Shown: in pieces, positions 29,761 through 41,400 of the stretch | Numbering within the stretch: the first letter of the stretch is position 1 | Layout: the number at the start of each line of letters is the position of its first letter | Source: Gracilinanus agilis | Lineage: Eukaryota | Direction: 5' to 3' | DNA length: 64,000 bases | NCBI RefSeq assembly: GCF_016433145.1 | Contig: NC_058131.1 | Coordinates: 347,547,265 to 347,611,264 of the forward strand | The notes under the pieces: model-generated | Told to the model about the DNA's origin: nothing | Databases searched by the model: none | The model's input: the letters and a program-made list of their open reading frames with translations, nothing else | Translations under genes and position numbers: made by a program

Positions 29761-30589
29761 TAGAAATGGTTTAAAAAACATTATACAAAGGCTGATCAGT
29801 TTTAAAATGTGACGGACACTGAAATGCTGCGATGCCGTCCAGGGTGATGGGAGCCCAGATTCTAGGGCACCAGTATGGAGGCCTCAGCCTTGGCCAGGAC
29901 AGGAGACACATAGATTATGGTGGGGGTGTGAGGGAGGAAGGGGGCCAACTCAAACTCTGCCCCCCACTCCAGTGAGGCCTGCCTTTCCTCTGCCCTCAGG
30001 GCCTCTTCCTCTGTTCCCTTCCTCAGCTATACCCCAATATCTTTGGGGCTCAGGAGGATCCCAGAGGGGACCACACAGGATTAAAGGTTTTCAGGAGGTC
30101 AGAGCAGAGACCCAGGATCCCAGTATGGATCCAGGCTTCAGAGAGGAAGAGGGAAGAAGATGAACCACAGGAACCAAGATGAGATGAATGGAGGAAAGGC
30201 TGAGCTAGACTCCTCAAGGCCCTCACAAGGTTTGGGCCATGAGTGATACCAGGAGGGAGTAATGACAAGAGGACCCAGGCAAGGATAAGTTGTGAGGAAT
30301 GGGGCACAGTGGTGTGGCTTCATTCTCCGCATCGCTATTGGTCAGAAGTGGTGGAAGGTAGCCAAGTCCCCCTCTGAGCCAGGCCTTGCTCAGCAGTCAT
30401 CAAGATTTGGGGCACAGTGTGGCAGAAAGAGCACTCAATTATAGTCCACCACTAACTTGTGTGACCTTGCCAAGTCACATCCTCTTTCTGGGCCTTGTTA
30501 TCTCCTCTGTCAAAAGAGGGAAATGCTATTTGCCCAGCCAATTTAACAGGGCCCATGTGAGTTTCAAATAGGCTAATTAGATGTCACCT

Positions 30590-30595
30590 AATAAA
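30590..30595 (+). terminator. Probable MMP24OS polyA signal AATAAA
   Basis: First plus-strand AATAAA I found after the MMP24OS stop. Confidence 0.55.
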
Positions 30596-31089
30596 GTGCC
30601 TTGAAAAGTATAAAATACTGTATCGACACAAAGATTACATCTCTGATGCCAGATGACCCCACCCCAGGGAGCTGGCCCTTGGCAAGAACTGAGGATGTGC
30701 ACAAGGAAAGAGTATTGGCAACTTGGGAAATTCGTTTGGGAGAACTCCCAAGCCAGGGCAGAGGCCTGGGTCTCAGCGTAGGGCACTAGCAGGAAACCAT
30801 GTTCCCCTTCAAGCATCATAAACAAGACTCTAAAGTTTAAGATGAGACCACAAAGGAAGAAGATCCACAAACTCGGGAAGGAAACATTAAGGTAAACAGT
30901 CCAGTGGATGCTCCATTTAGTTGGCCTGGCAGGGCCTCAGAAGACTCCTGTGTCCTGCCTTCACTTCCCAGCCCAAGAGGCTTCTGGGTGACCCTTTTCA
31001 TAAAGATCTTTATAGAGTTAGCAAAGTACTGGTGATATAGAAACTTAGAGCTGGAATGGACTTGAGAGAGCACCTGGCCTAGCCTTGTT

Positions 31090-31950
31090 TGATACTGGGA
31101 TCTCCTCTGTGACATCCCTAACAAGGAGTCATCCAACCTTTGCTGGAACTCTGTGTCAAGAAATACACTACCTACCAAGTCGGCTCAATCCATCATTTGA
31201 GCAGCTGTGACTATTAAAGTTTTTAGATTGAGCTGAAATCTGTGTCCCTGTAACATCCAGGGCTCTAAGTTCTGCTCTGGGAGCCAAGTGGAATGAGTCT
31301 AAACCCTCTTCCACAAGACTGCTCTTCATATACTTGAAGGCAATAATCTTGCCTTCTAAGTCTTCTGTTCCAGGCTCAATATCCTTAGCACCTCCCCCCC
31401 CCCAAAAAAAAAGAAAAATCTCCCTATCACATGACCATCATTCCAGTTCCTTCTTTGTCCTATATGCCCTCCACTTGCAACTCTCCAGCTTATTGACATT
31501 CTTAAAATATGGGGTCCAGAACAACACAGGATCCCCCACATGTGGTCTGACCAATGGGACCATAAGTTTCTCTTAAGTGTCATTTACAATGACATGCTAT
31601 TGATTCCTTGAGCTTGCAGTTCAATAAAACTCCTAGACATACATACATACATACATATATATATATATGTTTGGTTTTTTTTGCAAACTAGTTTACCCAT
31701 ACCCATTCCCTTTTCTATGCTTGTAAATTGAAATGTTTTTTTAACCAAGTGGAGGATTTTGCATTTGCCATTAAATTTAATTCTTGTAGATTTCACCCAA
31801 TCTTTCTAACTTGCCAGGATTCCTCAATCAATGTTTTAGCTATTTTTTCCCTGGCTTTGTGTCCACAGCTCTGGTGGGGTATTCGTTACTCTTAATTTTG
31901 TTCAAATCAGGGACAAAAATGCTGAAATAGAGCAAGCTTGAGGACAGTCT
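31090..31950 (-). mobile_element. CR1/L3 remnant within the predicted MMP24 3'UTR
   Basis: Reverse-complement similarity to the L3 3' region at 7700-8300 (e.g. cattaaatttaattctt vs gaaatttaatggg); contains a (TACA)n(TA)n microsatellite. Confidence 0.5.
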
Positions 31951-34900
31951 CCTGGCCACTAGGAAAGGAGATTATAGCAGATTATTGTTAAGGAAGGAGG
32001 AACTGTTTTGGCTCTGCCCTCACCCCCCAGCAAATTTCTACAAAGATTTCACATTGAAGACTTGGATGTTAGGGTAGGGCAGTACCATTCTCTCTAGGCT
32101 CCTAAGTCTCCAGAGATCAATACCTAGGGCAGCCATGGCTTTGTACCAATAAATTGATGGGAGGAGGGGAAAGGGAAGAGAGTGAAAGGGAATAGTATCT
32201 CATCCTCATAGTAGTCAGAAAATCTTCATGCCTATGCCTTGAAGTAATTCACTCACCTGTACGCTTGTTGGGAAAGAAGTCAGGCCCCAGGAGAGTGGGG
32301 TCATGGGCCAGTTAAAGTCTGGAAAGCAAGTAAGCCACCTTATGAGCAGCCCTGCACAGGTCAGTGTGTTTATCCTGGGACCAGCCTGTATCACTCCTCT
32401 CCACCTTGCTTAATTAAATTTGCCCCGGGTGTCAGGAAACCAAGTTACAGCTCTCGGCAGATGGCAGATCGGTGCCTGGAGAAATGGAAACAAGCCCCCG
32501 CCCCTGGGATTTGCATTGGATTGCCCCAAGGGAGGCTAAAATTCACTGATTCACTTAGTCTTGGTGGAGAAATACCCCAAGGATGGCTACAAATAGTTTG
32601 TAATGGAGAGAAAGGAACCTTATTGCCCTGGAGAGACCTAATCCAGGCTATCTAAAGAGTCCAGATTTCATATCTACCAATGGAGGACACTATGGAGAGA
32701 CCATGAGGGAGGGGCTCTAGGAGATGGACAGGATGTCCAGCCCAGGAAAAGTAAATTCAAAGAAGAGGTATGAGTAGGTGGGCAGAGGTCACTGAGACCA
32801 GCTGAAAAAACCACCCAGGAAAATGGAAATCCTAATAAACCTTGTATTTTGCACTGGACATTGGGATCTGCCCTACTTTGCTGAACCTTGGTTTTCCATG
32901 AGAAAATTGAACATGGCCTCTGAGTTCCAGCTCTGATCCTCGATTCTTTTGTGTCTGGAAAAGAAATATATAACTTGAATTTCCAGAATCTTGTTTTAAA
33001 TGCATCAAATGTTGCATCTGAGAAATCTCTTTTTACCAAGTGAGAACTTGTCTACAAGTCTAGCTGTTTTACAAATCCAGCTTTTCATGGGTTCGTTGAT
33101 GCCAAACTGGGCATCTTGGTCTGAAAGCAGAGGTTCAGAGGTATAGCATACCCTTCTTAAGAGAGAGGAGAAGGAAGCAGAATGAAAACAGGCTGAGACA
33201 CCCAAATGAGGCCTCAGACAGGAAGCAGAAAGTCCCTCAGGCCTTTTGGCTTAATAGACTTCTATCAACCTTAGACCCAACCTGACTAGCTTCAAAGAAG
33301 CCTATGGTTTCAGGCAGTCCCTTGGGGATGGATGGCTGGGCAGGGAATGGAGTGAAGCTCTTCAATAGGGAGATTAGTGGGATGGCTAGGGGACAAAGGC
33401 CCTGCAACATAAGAATTACTGGAATAGCTGGGGAATGGCAGTGCAGTAGCTCTCTATGTGTTCCCCTCCCACTCTAGGCATGGTACATGGCTAAAGACAG
33501 AAAGTGGATCTGCTGAGGAATGGGAAAAAGATGGTGATCAGGATGGGAGTGGGAGGAGGGTCACAGGCTTATAGATTTAATGCTGGAAGGGACCTTAGAG
33601 GTTGTCACAACCAACCCTTTCATTTTACAGCTGAGGAAACAGGAGGCTGAGATGAGAAGGGGCCTTACCTAAGTCATACAGCAAAAAAGTAGCAGTCAGG
33701 ATTCAAACCTAGGCTTTCTTCCAATACTATGCTAGTTGCCCCCTCTGGCAATGGAAAGGAGGTGAGAAGAAAATAGGGTTGGGGCCTGAGTTAGGGATGG
33801 GACCACACAGGAAGGAACTAGAAGTAGAAGTGGGAAGGGTACAACCATGGGGCTGGGGATATGGGCTCAGAAAATCAATTCTGGGGCTTCCACATTCCTT
33901 GGGAATCTGACCTCCATCCAACCATCCAAGGCAGGCCTTGGTCTTCAACATCTCTCCAAAGGTCCTAAGTTCTTACTGAGAAGTGAGCTGGGGCTACCTT
34001 ATGATTGTTATCCAGAGGTTCCTGGGCCCCCAAAGAAGCTCATCCCCTCTCTTGATCCCTCTCTGTTCTCCTAGGGCCACCAAGATACTCCCTGGCCTCC
34101 CACCTCTTGTTGGGGCTTTGGCCTCAGGGCCCCAGAGAAGAGGCTCATATACTGGTGTACACTGGAGTGAGATGAACAGACAGCTTCCCGAGTCCTCAGG
34201 GAATCGTTTCTGACAAATGGGGATTAAAACAGTAGTAACGGGACATTTAAATATTTGTGACATGAGAGCAAAGTCCAGCAGCGATGAGGCTGGACCACAG
34301 GCTCCCCCTGAGCACAAGAGGCCCCTGCCTCTCACTGGCCCCAGGGGAGACTTCAGTTTTCTGAGGAATCTGCTCGGGTCTGGGTGGGTGGTCACAAAAA
34401 CACCTTCCTTGCCCGCAGATAGCCTTGCCTCCATAGCCACTTGGGCTCCATGATCCATGATCAGTTACAAACATCTGACCAGCAGGTGTTGGGAGTCGGT
34501 AGTCAAACTGTGCCCAGCTGTGGAGCAGAAAGGAGGAGGCCGCTGATCCTGCTCCAGGCCATAATCCTCACCCTAAGATCATGGGGGCCCCTTCCACCTC
34601 AGGGATACCTGGAGTCAGGTCCCTGGGAAGAAGAATGACAGGCCCAGGCAGCTGTCAGGAAGCAAATGCTGGTTTCTCCCAGGTGAACTGTGCTCAGAGG
34701 GCCTTTGGGAATCCCAGGAGAGGCCCCTAATAATTGGGGTTCCAGCCCCTGGGAATAAGGGAGAGCTATGAGGCAGGAAGAACAGAGACCTCCCCCCACA
34801 ACAAAGCTCTCCCCAGCAAAGGTTATCTTTTGCCCTTCCCTTTGGATCAAAGGCATTTTAAAAAGGGAGCTTTGGGTCCAAGTAGGGATAGGTGCTTGGG

Positions 34901-35106
34901 GATCAGCTCTGGCTGATTGTTCCCACTCCTCTCTCACCAGGTGGATTCCAAGGGCCAAGCTTTAGGCTAGAGTCGTAAACCCATTGCTTGTGGCTCTTGG
35001 CTTGGACCCTCGCAGCATCTCCCTGTTCCTCTGGGTCCCAGGAGGTCCCTGCCCTCTCTCAGGCCCTGGCAAGGATGCCCCGGCTGGCGGGGCAAGGACG
35101 TGCTGG

Positions 35107-35444
35107 TCATACCCACTCCTGGACAGGCCGTTTGTAGTAGGTAACCTGCTGCTGTGCCCCCTTGTTCTTAAATTGGAAGATGGTGTAGACAAGGACAAGG
35201 ATGCAAAGGGATAAGGTACAGGGGATGATGACGGCCACGGCATTCACTGTACCAGGCACATCATCGATGGTGACCATGATGTCCACGTCATCCTGGGGCC
35301 GTCGCCGCTCCTTCCTCCTCTCCACCTCCTTCTGGTTACAGCCCATCCAGTCTCTTAGGATGGATCGGGGGTAACCGGGTTCCACACTCAGCTTCTGGTT
35401 ATCAAACTTCCAGTAGTCCCGGCCCTTGTAGAAATAGGTGTAAT
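35107..35444 (-). CDS. MMP24: MMP24 exon 9 (last hemopexin part, stem, TM, tail)
   Basis: ttcctcAG|AT TAC...; (Y)[16 protein letters not shown]...QEWV TGA. Confidence 0.96.
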
Positions 35445-38400
35445 CTGAGGAACCAGAATCAGACCCAGAGGGCACAGAATCACCCTTTGCTCTGAGGTCT
35501 CTGCCTCCAGCCCACATTATACCCTTGGCTTTGGAATCACTTCCTCCTGCCCAGGGTCAGCTTCCCTCAGCCTGAGATGGCTCTCACTGTTCTCAGCTTG
35601 AAGTTCCCCTTCATTCCAAGGTCCTTTCCTTCCTCCCCAGCTTACCATCCCCAGCCTGGGGTCACTGTCTTTACCCTCTGCTTAAAAGTCCTCCCCTGCC
35701 TCATTAGGGTCCTCCATCTCCAGAGTGATTATCTTTTCAAGGGTCTTCTGCCCTCAGTTCTGGTGTCCCTGACCTTAAGCCTGAGGTTCCTCTGAATTCA
35801 GTCATCTTCCTTAGTCTTTGGTCCCCTACTTGCGTCCCAACTCTGATGTTACCTCTCTGTTCTTGGGGTCATTGCCCTCACCAAACGTTCCCCTTAACCC
35901 GTGATCGCAGCCTAGGGTCAGTGGCCTCAGGTGGGAAAGTTTGCCTTGAGGGTCCAGCCTCTCCTGAGCCCTTTGGTGCTTTCCCCCACCTCAGTTTTCT
36001 TCTCCCCATTAGTCAGTCCTGAGATCCTCCAGTTACCCAGAGGTACAGCTTGGAATAGTCCCTGGGAAGCAGGCCAGAACATTAAAAGCTACAAAAGAAC
36101 CTCGAGGCCTTTTGGTCTCTCTCTGTCTCTGTCTCTGTCTCTATCTCTCTGTCTCTCTCTTCCTCTTTCTCTCTCTATCTCTAAAGCCTAGAAAGAAAAG
36201 AGGAGTTACCCACAGTAATACATCTCTAGATTAAATGGCTAAACCAGGACTACTATCTGGATCTCATGGTTCCCAAGCAACTATTCCTTGTGGATTCAAA
36301 GTGAAAATTCTCCTGAGCTTTCACCAAAGGAGCCTCTCCCCAGCCACCACACTTTACCCCTTAAAGTCCCAAAGGGCATCACCCAGAGAGGCCTCCTTCA
36401 GTGGTCTCAGGCTTCCCCAAACAACTCCACAAAAGCTAACTGACTGACAGCACTAGAACCAGATAGTTCTATTTCCCTGTGTGTGTCTGCATTTGTGGGA
36501 GCTCAGAGAAGGGAGACCACTGTAGGCTTAGGAGGCAGGAACAGGAAAAGTTGGTCCAGGAAGGCTTCCTGAAGGAGATGATACTGGAGCTGGTCTTAAA
36601 GGATAGACTTCAGTGGTGTATAATTAAAATCTGCCCCACAGGACTCTAAATCCCAGCATCCCACTTTCGTTCTCATGTTATGTCCTTATGTTTTGGAGAT
36701 AAAGTTTGTGTGTGACCCCACCTCTCTCTCTTTTCCTGTGAATGCAGCTGGGAAAACTTCTTTACTCAGGCTTTTACTTTTGTCCTTTTATTTCTTCTGT
36801 TTCAAGTGATTATTAATAAATCTTATAAAATATAATACTTGGAGTTATTGGAAATTAATTTTAATCTTACAGCAGATAAAGATGGGAGTGGGAACGGAAA
36901 GAGCCTTAGATGGTCAAAGGATGTTCTGCCCATCTAACCGGTCAAAGTCCCATCATCTTCTTTAGACTTATTTCCTTTTTTATAAAATGAGATGATCTCT
37001 AAGGTTCCTTCTGGTTGTGAACCCTGGGATGCCTAGGGAATTGTTTCCTGTTTCCTGAGTTACACTGAGCTTCCCAGGGCAGGAGCAGAATACTTTTCTC
37101 CCATTACCCCCATCCCATCAACCCCACCTGGAGCCCAGGAGAGGCCCTGCACATGACTACAGACCCAGCTCAGGACACTTACAGCCTTCTTTGCTGATGA
37201 AGGCCCCCTGGGGGGATTGGGGGATGCCCTTCCACACAGTGATAGGTTTGGGGTATCCAGGATCAGTCGCCCGTCTCTCCTCATTGTAGCGCCAGTACCA
37301 TTCCCCTTTGAAGAAGTAGGTCTTGCCCACTGGCTCCCAGCGCAGGGCTGTGTCTATACCCTCCCGGGGCAGGCAGGTTCCCAGCTCCCCCAGGCTGTGA
37401 GGGTATCCAGGCTCCACGGTCACTTCCTTGAAGACCCAGTATTTGTCACCTGTGAATGGAGGAACCAGTGTCAGGGACTAGCTCTGCCAGCCTGACATCT
37501 TCCTCTCTAAGTTCTGACTCCAGATATGAAGGGCCCCTGAGCCTCTTTGATACCCCAGGCCCTGGACAATCTAATCCCCAGGCCTTTGGAACTCAGGAAG
37601 TCAGTGATACCCTCCCCCTAGGAGCAGAGTCCTACGTAGGGCACTGGAGGGAAGGGCAAGTCAAGAGATGTGCCCAAGGTCTGCCCTCACAGAGCAAAGG
37701 GTTAGATATACTTGGAAAATCATAATGTATCACCTTGTAACTGGCTTCTATTGGCTAAACCTCAAGCATGAATTCATTCATCGCAATTATTAATTCAACA
37801 AACAGGCCCCAAGCCTGGGCCTCCCCTCCAGCTCAGCCCATAGTTCTTTCTCACCCCATGCAAAGTCATCCCCTCCTGCAGCTTCACCTGCCACCTCTGT
37901 TCTTGATCCTTAAACCTGTCATCAGCCCCATCCTCCCTCTCAAAGCTCCAGGCTCCTATCTCCGCCTGGGTGTCCCCACCAGCCCCTGAAATTCAATGCA
38001 TCCAAAAACCAAACTCCTCACCTTCCCTCTAGACTGCCCCACCCCCCAGTCTCCCTCTTTCTAGGCTGCCACACCATGATGTCTTCTCAGTCACCCAGGC
38101 TCCAGCCTCACAATCAGCTTGGCCTCTTTCATCTGTCTTAATTCATTTACACATTTTCTCACCCAAAAAACAAGCCCACTGAAATGTATTCCTCCTGCAA
38201 AGTCTCAATGGCAGTAATAATCATGAAAATAGTCCCCACAAGAGAGTATTTTAAGGACTAAAAATGAGCTTTCCTTATCACAAACCCATTTCAGAGATGC
38301 AGAAACAGACTCAAGGAAGGAATTTTGCCAGGGACATGCAAGCTAGGAAGTGGTAGAGCTGAGACTGAAACCTAGGTCTCCTGATGCTAAGCTCTCTTTC

Positions 38401-41400
38401 CACAGTACATGAGGTGCTCTGCTTCTTTTCCTTTCTTTTCTAAACCCTTACACCTTCCATCTTGGAGTTAATACTGTGAATTGGCTCCAAGGCAAAGAGT
38501 GGTAAGGGCTAGGCAATGGGGGTCAAGTGACTTGCCCAGGGTCACACAGTTGGGAAGTGTCTGAGGCCGGATTTGAACCCAGGACCTCCCGTCTCTAGGC
38601 CTGACTCTCAATCCACTGAGCCACCCAGCTGCCCCCTCCACTTCTTTTCTTGAAATCAATTTTCCCGGAAAATCTCCAATGTATGTTTGTCTTACTTTTG
38701 CCTAATCCCTCACCAATCAGTCATTTTCTTCTTTCTTTCAGATTTATCAGTTCTTCTTCACCCGTGTAGCTCCATCCTCATCACTTCTCATCAGAACTAT
38801 TAACCGGCTTCTTCTTCCCATCCTCATACACAGACTGTTGGTCATTTTTCTTTGGCACATGTCCCTCTCTTACTCAGAAACTTTCAATGGCTCCCCATTG
38901 TCTTTATTTGATAAAGTCCCTATGCATCAGTCTGACATTTTAGACCCTCCATTATCTGATCCCACCCTACTTTTCCAGCTTCGCCTCCCATTCCCCCTGA
39001 CTCAAACCCTCCATTTCAGTCCTTCCTACACTCTGAATATGCCATCAAGCCGAATCTGGCCTCCATCCTTTGCTGTGATTCCTGCCTCTTCTTGTTCCCT
39101 ACCCCTTTCTTCAGATCCTACCCATATTTCAAGGTCCTGCTTGTGATCACATCAGGCAATGTATACAAAGCACTCTGTAAAACTTTAAAGCACCACATAA
39201 GGTTAGTAATTATCATAATCCATTGAAAAAGATGATGACCATCATTTTAGTTTATGATGAAATATTATTAATTATTATATCTCGTCCACAGCAATCTCTC
39301 CCACCTTTTGGAACCATAAAGTTGATCTCAGAATTATTTTGACTTGGACTCTTTCTGACACTAGCATATATCTTATTATATCTTTTCTTATCCTCTGAGA
39401 GATACACGTGTCCTAATCTTGTTGCCCCTCCACATACATGCACTCCCTGAGGGCAGGACACAGGTCTGCCCTTTCTTTGTCTCGCCCTGATTGTCAGCTC
39501 CACATCGGTGTATACTGGAGTTGGCACAAGGGGAGATACTATATATGTGAATAATTGGCTTATTCACAGTTAAGTGTCAGGGTCTATTCCCATAAGGCTG
39601 ATGGGGGCGGGAGGGACATCCCAAATACCTTTGAAGAAGACAAATCGCCCATCAGACCTCTCATAGGCAGCATCAATGCGAGCTGGTAATCCCTTCCAGA
39701 ACTGCTCGATCTGCATGGGATAGCCCTCTTGAACCCGATTGTTCCGCAGACGCCAAAACCAGCGGTCCTGAGAAGAAAGGTGGATTCTGGAGGAGAGAGC
39801 CCATGCCAGCCACAACCTTGACCCCCAACCTCCAGAAGCTTCATGGAATAGGTAGGGGAAACCTTCATCACCTCAGAGGACCCCATCTTAACAACAATCT
39901 GTCAGATGCATCTGTGCAGAGCGTTATACCTCCTAGGAGGGAAGCAGGACTGGAACTATTCTCCCCATTTTACAGATGAGGAGACTGCAGTCCAGAGAAC
40001 AGAAGCGTCCTGTCAAAGTTTATACACCAAGTTAGCAGCCAAGCCAAGACTAGAACCAATCAGAGCTTCTGACTCTGACTTTCTCCCTGCCCAAACCCCC
40101 TTACCACCTCCCTGGCTGGGGATCTGTAAAGGGCACAGGTTAATAATCCCAGCTAGGCATACCTTGAACACAAACATCTCGCCTCGGAAGAGAGCCACTG
40201 TGTTGAAGTTGCCATCACAGATGTTGGGCTTTGTACCCGGGGTGGATGGCCGGTCTCCCAGCGGTGGCCTTGGGGGCCTGGGCTGTCGCTCATGCTTCCT
40301 CTCTGGGGAGTGGATCCTGCGGGCAGGGAGTGTGGGGAGGGGTCGGGTGGGCTCCAGGGGTTCAGCAGGAGGTCCTGGAGAGAGGATGAAATTGAGACAC
40401 AAGCTCTTTAAATGAATGGAAACTCTAGGAGCCCCTTAAATGGGAGCCGGGTTGCCCAAGTTCTAGACTTGAGTCTGCCACGAGTTAGCTCTGTTACTTT
40501 GGGGAAGAATTTTGGTTGGAATTTGTGACATCCTTTGGAAAATGGGGACAATAGTTCTTGCTTCACAGTGGATTTCTACCCATTATATCATCTGATTCTT
40601 ACCACAACCCAGAGAAGCAAATAGATGTGCAGAGAAATAGTGGAACAAAAATGAGAAGGAAAATACCATCAAAAGACATCCAAATGAATTATGAGCAAAG
40701 GACTTTAAAAGAATGGCTACCCTTTGATCCAGCAATACCACTGCTACGTTTATACCCCAAAGAGATAATAAGGAAAAATATTCATACAAAAATATTCATA
40801 GCCATGCTCTTTGTGTTGACAAAAAATTGGAAAATGAGGGGATGCCCTTTGATTGGGGAATGGCTGAAAAAATTGTGGTATATGTTGGTGATGGAATACT
40901 ATTGTGCTCAAAGGAATAATAAACTGGAGGAATTCCATGTGAACTTGAACGACCTCCAGGAACTGATGCAGAGTGAAATGAACAGAGCCAGAAGAACTTT
41001 ATACACAGAAAGCAGAACAATCCAATGTAATGGACTTTACTACTAGTAGCAATACAACAAGCCAGGACACTCCTGAAGCACTTGTGGGAAAGAATGCAAG
41101 CACACTGAGACAAAGAACTATGGGAGCAGAAATGCAAAAGAAAAACATATGACATCACTTGTTTATATGAGCATAGAATTTAGGGTTTAGGCTTTAAAAG
41201 ATGGCTCTATAGCAAAAATGAATAACTTATATAAATAGGTATCAAGTGACAACATTTGTACAACCCAGTGGAAATTCTTGTTGACTCTGGGAGGAAGAGG
41301 AAGGGAAGAGGAGAGAGAAAGAAAATGAATCATGGAAACATGGAAAAATATTCTTAAAACAAACAAATAAATAAATATTTAAAAGAACGTCTAAACGCTG

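Noticed and set aside
40558-41046. 162-aa ORF
   Set aside because: L1 ORF2 C-terminal remnant, not a host gene.
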